Made by a program: the position numbers and the translations under genes
Shown here: positions 28,989 through 37,292 of the stretch, one piece after another
How the letters are laid out: the number at the start of each line of letters is the position of its first letter
How positions within the stretch are numbered: the stretch's first letter is position 1
The notes under the pieces: generated by a model
Seen by the model: only the letters and a program-made list of their open reading frames with translations
Told to the model about the DNA's origin: nothing
The model's database searches: none
Source of the DNA: Candidatus Latescibacterota bacterium
GTDB taxonomy: Bacteria > Latescibacterota > UBA2968 > UBA8231
DNA: 64,000 nucleotides
Reading direction: 5' to 3'
Assembly (NCBI GenBank): GCA_965248355.1
Contig: OZ252098.1
Span: 4,256,001-4,320,000 of the forward strand

Positions 28989-29792
28989 TTAACGGGTCCG
29001 GGCGCCGTCGCGCGCGCTCATCCAGCCTTCGAAGAAGCAGGCCATGGTGGGGAACCGCTCCGCCGGATTCTCGCGGCAGGCGCGCTCCAGAACCTCGGAC
29101 ACTCCATCGCCGTCGCCGGCCCGGGCGAGGAAGACGGCCGCCGCCCGTCCCATGGTGAAGACCGTGGTGCGCTCGTCGATGCGGGCCCCCCGCGTGAACT
29201 CCTCGGGGGCCATGAAGCGCGTCGAGCCGAACATGCGCCCCATCTCGTTGACGAACGGCCCGCGCCGGTAGAGGTCCAGGTCGACGAGGTGCACGGCTTC
29301 CCGCTCGAAGTCGTAGATCACGGAGCCGTCGTAGAAGTCGCAGGCGATCCAGCCCCGCTCCGCCAGCCGCTGGTGGACGTCGTAGATCACGTCCAGGACC
29401 CGCAGGATCGTCTCCGCCGGCAGGTGCAGGAACCGGTGGAAGGAGGATCCCGGGCGGTCCCGCTCCCCGGTCTCGACCCGCAGCAGAAGGCCCTCGACCC
29501 AGTCGTAGACCAGCAGGGGGCCGTCGGGAGCCTCGACGATGTGGTGCAGGGCCGGCAGGGCCCGGTGGGTCAGGGAGCGGGCCACGGCGGCGGCGTTCCT
29601 CAGGATGCCGCCCCTGGCTCGGTGGTCGGCCCCGGGTGTGGAGAACCCGGCCTCGCCGGGGGTCTTGACGAAGAACCGGCGGCCGGCGACCTCCACGCCG
29701 TAGGAGATGTTGCCGGAGTCCTGGGTCTCCTCACCGAAGCGGGCGAAGACCTCGCCGTCGGCCCCGCGGCGCGGCGCTTCGGCGGGCGCCAT
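28989..29792 (-). CDS. Ser/Thr protein kinase-like protein
   Basis: FFVKT, DFYDGS (degenerate catalytic loop), DLD, GSTRFMAPEE. Confidence 0.75.
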   Translation of the reverse strand: MAPAEAPRRGADGEVFARFGEETQDSGNISYGVEVAGRRFFVKTPGEAGFSTPGADHRARGGILRNAAAVARSLTHRALPALHHIVEAPDGPLLVYDWVEGLLLRVETGERDRPGSSFHRFLHLPAETILRVLDVIYDVHQRLAERGWIACDFYDGSVIYDFEREAVHLVDLDLYRRGPFVNEMGRMFGSTRFMAPEEFTRGARIDERTTVFTMGRAAAVFLARAGDGDGVSEVLERACRENPAERFPTMACFFEGWMSARDGARTR

Positions 29793-29813
29793 CGGCGGGC
29801 GGGCTTCTGCGGC

Positions 29814-30539
29814 TCACTCGGCGGCTCCCGCGGGGGCCTCGAAAGTCCCTGACGGCGCTCTTCGGCCCGGGGGCGGATCGGCGGCGAACCGGGCCAGCTC
29901 CTCCAAGTCCCTCTCCACGCCCCGCCGCCAGGCCTCCTGGCGATACAGCGAGAAGCCGAAGGAGGTGACGCGGTCGAAGTCCAGATTGAGCTCCGCCGTC
30001 TCGGTGAGGGTTCGCTCCAGGGCGGCCTGGATGTGCTGCCGGGTGAGGCCGATCACGGAGTCGGGCGAGGTCGACTCCACGACGGCCGTCGAGAGCATCC
30101 GGGGCACGTCCCGGTTCAGCTTTCGCGCCGCCACCTCGAAGAGGGCGAAGTGGATCTGCTCGTGCTCCAGGACGTACATGGGGGACAGGCCGTGCTCCTG
30201 GTTCCACCAGGAGCAGGAGCGCGAGAACATGGCGCGGAAGGAGAGGCCCTCGACGCGGGGCCGGTAGGGGCCCTGGCCCGCCGGGCGGGTGGGTTCGGCG
30301 AAGACCCGGGCCTGGTGGTCGACGGCGACGAAGGCGCAGGAGACGGCCACCGGCCGCGGCAGGTCGACGCGGCCCAGGAAGGGCTTGGGCGGGTGCTCTC
30401 CCCGGAAGTCCCCCCGCGTCAGGGCGCGGTAGGGGATGACGTCGGCTGTGTCGAGGCGGACCGAGGAGATCTGGCCGGCGGCGGGAACCGCGGCCAGGGC
30501 CGTGGCCGCGAGCGGAAGCAGGAGGAGGAGGGCGCCCAT
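29814..30539 (-). CDS. Exported DUF922-like putative Zn protease
   Basis: Signal peptide, LTRGDFRG, LEHEQIHFAL, QEAW. Confidence 0.65.
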   Translation of the reverse strand: MGALLLLLPLAATALAAVPAAGQISSVRLDTADVIPYRALTRGDFRGEHPPKPFLGRVDLPRPVAVSCAFVAVDHQARVFAEPTRPAGQGPYRPRVEGLSFRAMFSRSCSWWNQEHGLSPMYVLEHEQIHFALFEVAARKLNRDVPRMLSTAVVESTSPDSVIGLTRQHIQAALERTLTETAELNLDFDRVTSFGFSLYRQEAWRRGVERDLEELARFAADPPPGRRAPSGTFEAPAGAAE

Positions 30540-30619
30540 GGCCGCCGAATCTCAGGCGCCGCCGGCGGCCGGGCAACCTCTCGACACGGGTGCGGCCGGG
30601 CGATAGCTTGGCGCCCGCC

Positions 30620-31597
30620 ATGCAAGGACTGATGAGATCGGCCAGACTGGTGGAGCCCCGCCGCTGGGAGCTGCTGGAGCAGGAGATCCCGGAGCCGGTG
30701 GACGGGAACATGCTCGTGCGCCTGCGGCGCACGGCGATCTGCGGCACCGACAAGCCCTCGTGGGTCGGCCTGGCCGGCGACTACCCCCTGGCCCCGGGGA
30801 CCAGCGGCCACGAGGCCATGGGCACGGTGGCGGCCTGTCCGTCGGGCCGCTACGCCGAGGGCGAGCTGGTGCTGCTCTACGGCTTCGACCGGCCCCTCTA
30901 CCAGGAGTACTGCCTGGCCACCGACGACGGCGGCTGCATCCGCCTGCCCGCCGATGCCGAGCCCGAGGTGGTGCTCATGAGCCAGCTCTTCGGCACCGTG
31001 CTGCACGCCTTCTACAAGCTCGGCAACCTCATCGGCCAGGACGTGGTCGTCCTCGGACAGGGCCCGGTGGGGCAGCTCTTCAACGCCGCCCTGCGCAACC
31101 TCGGCGCCCGCCGCATCGTCGCCGTGGACCCGCTGGCCCACCGCCGCGAGCTGGCGCCGAGGATGGGCGCCACCCACGCCCTGGCCCCCGGCGGCGACCT
31201 GCGCGACCAGGTCCTGGCCATCACCGGCGGGGAGCCCCCCCACATGGTGGTGGAGGCGGTCGGCCTGGAGGCCACCTTCCACCAGGCCGCCGGGCTCGTT
31301 CGCCGCGGCGGCACCATCCTCTACTTCGGGGTGCCCAACAAGGATCCGGGCCGCGGAGTGATGTCGCTGAACTTCCTGGGCATGTTCGGCAACGAGACCC
31401 GCATCGTCACCACCGTGGGGCCGGACCCCCACGCCGACTACGCCACCGCCCTGCAATGGATCACCGAGGGCCGCATCGACGTGCGCCCCATGATCACCCA
31501 CGTGCTGCCCTTCGAGCGCATCCAGCAGGCCTTCGAGATGGCCTTCGAGGACCCGGCCGCCCACGGGGCGGTGAAGGTGGTGCTCAGCTTCGAGTAG
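30620..31597 (+). CDS. Zinc-binding (medium-chain) dehydrogenase
   Basis: ICGTD, GHE, GQGPVG, EAVG, GAVKVVL. Confidence 0.9.
   Translation: MQGLMRSARLVEPRRWELLEQEIPEPVDGNMLVRLRRTAICGTDKPSWVGLAGDYPLAPGTSGHEAMGTVAACPSGRYAEGELVLLYGFDRPLYQEYCLATDDGGCIRLPADAEPEVVLMSQLFGTVLHAFYKLGNLIGQDVVVLGQGPVGQLFNAALRNLGARRIVAVDPLAHRRELAPRMGATHALAPGGDLRDQVLAITGGEPPHMVVEAVGLEATFHQAAGLVRRGGTILYFGVPNKDPGRGVMSLNFLGMFGNETRIVTTVGPDPHADYATALQWITEGRIDVRPMITHVLPFERIQQAFEMAFEDPAAHGAVKVVLSFE
31538..31597 (+). repeat. Repeat A, original copy: last 60 bp of the dehydrogenase gene
   Basis: Identical to 34336-34395; its last 16 bp recur at 34931-34946. Confidence 0.95.
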
Positions 31598-32546
31598 GGC
31601 CCCTATAGGGTGTCTGAGCCCCGTTCGTCTCGACGTACACCGAGAACAGCGACTGCGAACAGGTCATGAACAGCCGGTTCTTCTTCGCGCCGCCAAAGCA
31701 GAGGTTGGCGCAGGGCGCCGGCAGGTGGATCTTGCCGATCAAGGTCCCGTCCGGGGCAAGACAGTGCACGCCGTCGTAGCCCTCTCCCCCCCAACAGGCC
31801 CCCGACCACAGGTTTCCATCCGCATCGGTGCGGACCCCGTCCGAGGAGCCAGGTTCCATGTCCGCGAACACGCGCCCGTTCGCAAGGCGGCTGCCGTGGA
31901 CGTCGAAGACGCGGATGTGAGTGGGGTATTCAGGCCCGTCGGAGCGCCCGGTATCGACGATGTAGAGCAGCGACTCGTCCGGACTGAAACAGAGGCCGTT
32001 GGGGCGCTGGAAATCTCCGGCCACCACCGTCGCTTCCTCCGTATCCGGGTCGAGACGGTAGACATTGGCGGCATTCTCAAACTCATCCCGATGCCCCTCG
32101 TAGTCCATCAGAATGCCATAACCGGGGTCCGTGAACCAGATCGACCCATCGGACTTCACCACGATGTCGTTGGGGGCATTCAACGGCTTGCCCTCGAACC
32201 GATCCATCAGCACGGTGATCGAACCGTCGTATTCCGTCCGCGTGACTCGACGCGCGTCGTGTTCGCACGACAGCAATCGCCCCTGGAGATCGCGCGTGTT
32301 GCCATTGGTGTTGTTCGATGGCTTGCGGAAGACCGAGACCTCCCCGGTCTCTTCTTCCCACTTGAGAATGCGGTTGTTGGGTATGTCGCTGAACAGCAGA
32401 TACCGGCCGTCGCCAAACCACACGGGGCCTTCGAGCCAGCGTCCGCCGGTCCAGAGCATTTCAAGGGCGGCGTTGGCCAGCTTGTACCTGGCGAAGCGCT
32501 CGTCGAGCACCTCAAGGCGGCTATCCGGATATCTCACGATTTCCAT
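31584..32546 (-). CDS. SMP-30/gluconolactonase family
   Basis: EGPVW, FSDIPNN, NGNTRD, PNDIVV, WFTDPGYG, PNGLCFSPDE, DG..D.DGNLW. Confidence 0.9.
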   Translation of the reverse strand: MEIVRYPDSRLEVLDERFARYKLANAALEMLWTGGRWLEGPVWFGDGRYLLFSDIPNNRILKWEEETGEVSVFRKPSNNTNGNTRDLQGRLLSCEHDARRVTRTEYDGSITVLMDRFEGKPLNAPNDIVVKSDGSIWFTDPGYGILMDYEGHRDEFENAANVYRLDPDTEEATVVAGDFQRPNGLCFSPDESLLYIVDTGRSDGPEYPTHIRVFDVHGSRLANGRVFADMEPGSSDGVRTDADGNLWSGACWGGEGYDGVHCLAPDGTLIGKIHLPAPCANLCFGGAKKNRLFMTCSQSLFSVYVETNGAQTPYRGPTRS

Positions 32547-33394
32547 TATAGTCGGCGGAACTTCTGCACCCTGTCGTGGAGGGTGGCTACTTCACCGATG
32601 TACAGCGAGCCCTCTTCGTCCACCCAGATGCTGTGCGGAGAGTCGGCGAATTGACCCGGGGCCGAGCCATCCTCGCCCCAGCGGGCCAGCAACCGCCCCT
32701 CCATGTCGAAGATGCTGACGCGGGACGGAGCCTCGACGATGTACACCGTATTGTCCGGGGTGATGAAGAGATCCATGGGAGTTACCAGGTCCGTCCACTC
32801 GTCCAGGTAGCGGCCCTCGGAGTCAAAGCGCTGGATGCGGTTGTTCTCGCGGTCGACGGCCCAGACGCGCTCGTCGCGGTCGACCCACAAACTGTGGGGC
32901 AGGGCGAACTGACCCGGACCGGTGCCCGGGGATCCCCACGAATGGAGCACCTCTCCCGCGTCCGAAATGCGGTGGATGCGGTATTGGCCGTAGCCGTCGG
33001 CCACGTACAGATCCCCGGAAGGGCCGCGCATGGCTTTCGTGGGCTGGTTGAAGGGCTGGTCGGGCGCGCCCGGCACGCCAGGCGTGCCCCACGTGTGGAC
33101 CACTTCCCCCTGCGGATTGAAGCAGCGGATGGTGTGGTCGTCGGTGTCGGCCGCGTACACCCGGTCCTCGCCGTCGACCCACAGGAGGTGGGGGTTTCCC
33201 AGCAGGTCGGCTCCCCAAGTGTCGAGATAGACCCCGTCGCGGTCGTACACCAACAAGGCGGGCGGGTGACGGCGGCCCACAAAGACCCGGCCCCGGCTAT
33301 CGGCGGCCACTCCGGGCACGACACCGCCCATGGAGCGGCCCCGGGGGCCCAGGCCCCAGTGTTCGACGACTTCGTAATTGTAGATGGCGCTCAT
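32546..33394 (-). CDS. NHL-repeat protein (PAL/peptidyl-alpha-hydroxyglycine lyase-like)
   Basis: FNQPT, YVADGYG, WGSPGTGPGQFALPHS, DRENNRIQ. Confidence 0.85.
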   Translation of the reverse strand: MSAIYNYEVVEHWGLGPRGRSMGGVVPGVAADSRGRVFVGRRHPPALLVYDRDGVYLDTWGADLLGNPHLLWVDGEDRVYAADTDDHTIRCFNPQGEVVHTWGTPGVPGAPDQPFNQPTKAMRGPSGDLYVADGYGQYRIHRISDAGEVLHSWGSPGTGPGQFALPHSLWVDRDERVWAVDRENNRIQRFDSEGRYLDEWTDLVTPMDLFITPDNTVYIVEAPSRVSIFDMEGRLLARWGEDGSAPGQFADSPHSIWVDEEGSLYIGEVATLHDRVQKFRRL

Positions 33395-33459
33395 GGCAAG
33401 CTCTCGCGGTCAGGGGGAAAAGCGTCGATCTTAAGGAAAGGAAACGCGGAGGAGTGAGC

Positions 33460-34266
33460 ATGAAGCTGACGGACGATCACTTCCAGACTCTTGTAGAACA
33501 AGGTTTTGTGGTCGTAGAGGATTTCTATCCGGAAGAACGCCGGGCCCGGATCGCCGAGGGCATCCGCCGGACCCTCCCTCCCTGGGAGGCGCTCGCCGGC
33601 GATCCGCCCGCAGATCGCATCTTGAGGGACGACTTCCCCTACGCCGACATGCTCTTCAATGAATTCATCATCGACTGGGACCTCATCGAGTTCGTCCAGC
33701 GGGTGCTCGAAACCGAGGACATCTTCTTCCGCTACGCCCACAACTGGGCGCGCTACCCCGACCCCGGGGCCGAGCAGCGGGGCCTGCACATCGACAATGG
33801 CAACAACTCGCTCCTGCCTCCCACATCCGACCGGCGCTACGGCCAGATCAGCACCTGGTACTTCCCCGAAGCCGTGGATGAGAACCAGGCGCCGATGCGA
33901 ATCGTGCCCAAGCCCCATGGAAGAGATCTGAGCAAGCGGGTTCTGCTGACCGTACCGGCGGGCACGATCATGATCTTCAACACCCATCTCTGGCACTCGG
34001 CGACGGTGTTCAAGGGCAGCGAAGGGCAGCGCTATTCCGCCACGCGGATCTACGGCCGCGCCGACCACTGCTGGGAGGGCGTGAGCAGCTTTACCAACCG
34101 AGGGATGGACGATCGGTTCCGGGCTTTCGTCGGCCGGCTTTCGGCGCGCGAACGAGCACTCTTCCGCTTTCCACCCCCTGGCCACGAGTACTATACCCAG
34201 GAGACGCTGGCCCGCCTCGAAGAGCAGTATCCGGGATGGAACTCGCGAGGAGAGTACGACTTGTGA
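33460..34266 (+). CDS. Phytanoyl-CoA dioxygenase (PhyH) family
   Basis: EQGFVVVEDF, LHID (HxD), PAGTIMIF...WHS, R.S. Confidence 0.8.
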   Translation: MKLTDDHFQTLVEQGFVVVEDFYPEERRARIAEGIRRTLPPWEALAGDPPADRILRDDFPYADMLFNEFIIDWDLIEFVQRVLETEDIFFRYAHNWARYPDPGAEQRGLHIDNGNNSLLPPTSDRRYGQISTWYFPEAVDENQAPMRIVPKPHGRDLSKRVLLTVPAGTIMIFNTHLWHSATVFKGSEGQRYSATRIYGRADHCWEGVSSFTNRGMDDRFRAFVGRLSARERALFRFPPPGHEYYTQETLARLEEQYPGWNSRGEYDL

Positions 34267-34280
34267 ACGTGGCCGAAGGG

Positions 34281-34395
34281 CCCCGTCACTCCTCCACGTG
34301 GCTCAGCACGAGATCCCGCAGGGTCACCATGCCGAATGGCCTTCGAGGACCCGGCCGCCCACGGGGCGGTGAAGGTGGTGCTCAGCTTCGAGTAG
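34281..34395. repeat. Composite of two gene-end copies: repeat B (34281-34335, 3' end of the CBS gene) fused to repeat A (34336-34395, 3' end of the dehydrogenase)
   Basis: 34281-34335 matches 34969-35023 at 54/55; 34336-34395 matches 31538-31597 at 60/60. Confidence 0.95.
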
Positions 34396-34476
34396 CCGGT
34401 CCCGCCCGGGCCGGGCGGATCAGACCACCTCCAGCACCATCGTAGGAATCGTCTTTCCCCCAACGGAGATACCGCA

Positions 34477-34911
34477 ATGAGAAGCTTCATCCGCGCGGCC
34501 CTCGTCACCGCCCTCGTCGCCTCGCCGGCTCTTTCCCAGGAAGCCGTGCCGATCAAGACCCTCCCCTTCAGCGCCGCCCGCCAGGCCGGGGGCCTGCTCT
34601 TCGTCAGCGGGCAGATCGCTCGCACGGCCGACGGCGCCGACGTGAAGGAGTCGGTAGCGGCCGAGACGCACCAGGTCATGAAGAACATCGGGCGCATCTT
34701 GCAGGAGCACGGCTATGCCTTCGACGACCTGGTGAATGTCACCGTCTGGCTCGCCGACATCGAGGACTACCACGAGATGAACAAGGCCTACGCCTCCTAC
34801 TTCAAGGAGCGGTTCCCGGCGCGGGCCTGTACCGGCGGGGCGCAGATCGTCTTCGACTTCCGCGTCGAGATCGCCGCCGTCGCCTACAAGGACGAGCACG
34901 ACGAGGATTGA
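34477..34911 (+). CDS. RidA/YjgF family protein with an N-terminal signal peptide
   Basis: MRSFIRAALVTALVASPALSQE; PFS.A, FVSGQ, MNKAY..YF...PARAC, VEI. Confidence 0.85.
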   Translation: MRSFIRAALVTALVASPALSQEAVPIKTLPFSAARQAGGLLFVSGQIARTADGADVKESVAAETHQVMKNIGRILQEHGYAFDDLVNVTVWLADIEDYHEMNKAYASYFKERFPARACTGGAQIVFDFRVEIAAVAYKDEHDED

Positions 34912-34930
34912 GCCAAGGCTGCCGGATTCG

Positions 34931-35023
34931 GCTCAGCTTCGAGTAGCGCCCGGGTCGGGAGCGGCCGCCCCCGTCACTCCTCCACGTGGCTCAGGACGAG
35001 ATCCCGCAGGGTCACCATGCCGA
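34931..35023. repeat. Partial repeat A (34931-34946) followed by the original repeat B (34969-35023)
   Basis: GCTCAGCTTCGAGTAG matches the dehydrogenase end; repeat B is the CBS gene 3' end. Confidence 0.9.
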
Positions 35024-35375
35024 GGGGGGCGCGCTCGGCGTCGATGACCACGGCGCGGGAGAGCTCGAAGCGCACCAGCAGGCGCACCGCGTAGCGGGCG
35101 AGCATGCCCGCCGGCAGGGTCAGGACCGGCTTCGACATGATCTCGTAGACATTGACCCGTTCGGGTGCGCGGTTCTTCGCGATCACCTCCCGTGCGATGT
35201 CCGCCACCACGAGCAGGCCGTACTCGTCGTCGTCGTCGCGCCGGTCGACGGCGAGGGAGCTGACATCGTGGCGCTTCATGAGCGCCATGGCATCGGCCAC
35301 GGTGGCAAGCCTGTCGATCGTGTAGAGCCTGGAGCCCATGAGGTCTCCAACCCGGATGATGCGTCTCTCGCTCAT
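34974..35375 (-). CDS. CBS-domain protein
   Basis: VGDLM, ATVADA, GLLVVADI, VYEIMSKPV, GMVTLRDLV. Confidence 0.85.
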   Translation of the reverse strand: MSERRIIRVGDLMGSRLYTIDRLATVADAMALMKRHDVSSLAVDRRDDDDEYGLLVVADIAREVIAKNRAPERVNVYEIMSKPVLTLPAGMLARYAVRLLVRFELSRAVVIDAERAPLGMVTLRDLVLSHVEE

Positions 35376-35722
35376 ATCTCGTCATCCACCTCTTCGAGGA
35401 TCGTGGGGAGTTGGGTGGTGAGACCGACGGCGTCCTCGATGGGGACCTGGAACGCAATGCCGGCGCCGGGCTCCTGCTCGAAGCGCCCGGCATCGCGGAT
35501 GCGCTCCAGAATGTCGCGCGCCCGCGTCTCGACCACCAGGAACAGGACGACGTCGCGCCGGGCCGCCAGGTCGAGACCGAAGAAGGTCTTCTGCGGCTTC
35601 AGCCCTTCGCCGCGCACACCGGAGATTATCGTCGCGCCGGTGGCCCCGCCGGTGCGCGCGGCATCGACCACGGTATCGGTCTTTTCGTCGCTCACCAGGG
35701 CGACGATCAGCTTCAGTCTCAT
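35372..35722 (-). CDS. P-II family signal transduction protein
   Basis: KLIVALV, GATGATI..RGEG, GIAFQVPIEDAVGL. Confidence 0.85.
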   Translation of the reverse strand: MRLKLIVALVSDEKTDTVVDAARTGGATGATIISGVRGEGLKPQKTFFGLDLAARRDVVLFLVVETRARDILERIRDAGRFEQEPGAGIAFQVPIEDAVGLTTQLPTILEEVDDEI

Positions 35723-35725
35723 GGC

Positions 35726-36529
35726 TCAAGTCTCCTCGGAATGGTTGGCGTTCCGCCGTCGGCTCACCCAGGACACGGCCATGGCATAGCCCAGCACGGA
35801 CATGATGGGAAAGACGCTGGCGAAGGCGATGAGGCCGAACCCGTCGATCAGGGGGCTGCGCCCGGGAACGGTGGCGGCGAGCCCCAGGCCCAGGGCGGCG
35901 ACCACGGGCACCGTGACCGTCGACGTGGTGACGCCGCCGCTGTCGTAGGCGAGGGGCACGATGGTCCGGCTCGACCGGAAGGTCTGGGCGATCACCACGA
36001 CATATGCGGCGATGATGTACCAGGGCAGGGGCGTGCCGGTGACGATGCGAAAGCAGCCCAGGGCCACCCCCGCGGCCACCCCGAAAGCCACGGCGATCCT
36101 CAGGCCCCAGGCATGGATCGCGCCGCCCGAGATCTCCTCGGCCTTGAGGGCGACCGCCATGAGCGAGGGCTCGGCCACGGTCGTGGCAAAGCCGATCGCC
36201 GCGGCAAAGGCGTAGACCAGCAGGTAGTCGTGCCAGTCGACCCCGTCGGCAAGACTCGCGCTCCCGATGGTCTCGGGGGCGGTGAGCTGGCGGGCCATGG
36301 TCTCGCCGATGGGGAAGAGGGCCTCCTCCAGGCCGATGAGGAAAAGGGTGAGTCCCAACAGGACGAAGACGAACCCGGCCGCGATGCGGCGCAGGTTCGG
36401 CAGGTTGCGGCGCAGCACCGCAACCTGGAACAGGACGAGGATGCCGACGATGGGCGCCACATCGAGCGTGGTGGAACCCGCGGTAACGGCAATGGTGCGC
36501 AGGAACTCCACCTCAGACCACCATGCCAT
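35726..36529 (-). CDS. DUF1538 membrane protein
   Basis: [30 protein letters not shown]; start may be slightly downstream. Confidence 0.85.
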   Translation of the reverse strand: MAWWSEVEFLRTIAVTAGSTTLDVAPIVGILVLFQVAVLRRNLPNLRRIAAGFVFVLLGLTLFLIGLEEALFPIGETMARQLTAPETIGSASLADGVDWHDYLLVYAFAAAIGFATTVAEPSLMAVALKAEEISGGAIHAWGLRIAVAFGVAAGVALGCFRIVTGTPLPWYIIAAYVVVIAQTFRSSRTIVPLAYDSGGVTTSTVTVPVVAALGLGLAATVPGRSPLIDGFGLIAFASVFPIMSVLGYAMAVSWVSRRRNANHSEET

Positions 36530-37247
36530 AGGCCAGTACGAAGATCATCGGCGTCAGGCTGGCGAAGGCGATGAGCCCGAAGCCGTCGACCATCGGGTTG
36601 CGCCCCCGGATCGACGTGGCGAGCCCGACACCCAGGGCGGTGACGAGAGGCACCGTGATCGTGCTGGTGGTGACGCCGCCGGAATCGTAGGCCACGCCGA
36701 TGATCTCCGGGGGCGCGAAGGCGGTCATTGCGGTGACCAGCACATAGCCCCCGATGATCAGCCGGTGGAGCGGCCAGCCCTTGAGGATGCGCAGCACGCC
36801 GAGCACGATGGCCGCGCCGACGGAGACCGCCACCACCATGCGCAACTCGAAGGCGTACGCGGCGCGCGCCTCATCGTCGTCGGCGATGGCACCGGCTTCG
36901 GCGGCGACCTCGGCCGCCTCCGCGGCCACGGCGATGAGGGCGGGCTCCGCGACCGTGGTGCCGAAACCCAGGCAGAAGGCAAAGGCCAGGAGCGCCGTGG
37001 CGCTGCCCTTGCGGGCAAAGGCCTGGGCAATCGCGTCGCCGAGGGGAAAGAGTCCGCTCTCCAACCCCTGGATGAAGAGCGTCAGGCCGGCGATCACGCA
37101 GAGCAGGCCGACAACGACGCGCCCGAGATTCGGAAAGGGCTGCTGCAACACCGCGATCTGGAAGAAGGCGATGACGAGGATGATCGGCGCCAGATCGCGC
37201 AGCGCACCGAGGAGCCGCCGCAGTATCGCGCCCAGGGTCCTGGTCAT
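36513..37247 (-). CDS. DUF1538 membrane protein (paralog)
   Basis: [30 protein letters not shown]. Confidence 0.85.
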   Translation of the reverse strand: MTRTLGAILRRLLGALRDLAPIILVIAFFQIAVLQQPFPNLGRVVVGLLCVIAGLTLFIQGLESGLFPLGDAIAQAFARKGSATALLAFAFCLGFGTTVAEPALIAVAAEAAEVAAEAGAIADDDEARAAYAFELRMVVAVSVGAAIVLGVLRILKGWPLHRLIIGGYVLVTAMTAFAPPEIIGVAYDSGGVTTSTITVPLVTALGVGLATSIRGRNPMVDGFGLIAFASLTPMIFVLAYGMVV

Positions 37248-37292
37248 GGCCGCGGGTTGCCGGTTGTCTGGCGAGTGCAGGACATGGGCCCG

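Noticed and set aside
34281..34946. Repeats as a CRISPR array or integron attC cassettes
   Set aside because: They are copies of coding gene ends, irregularly spaced, with no cas or intI gene and no attC-like palindrome.
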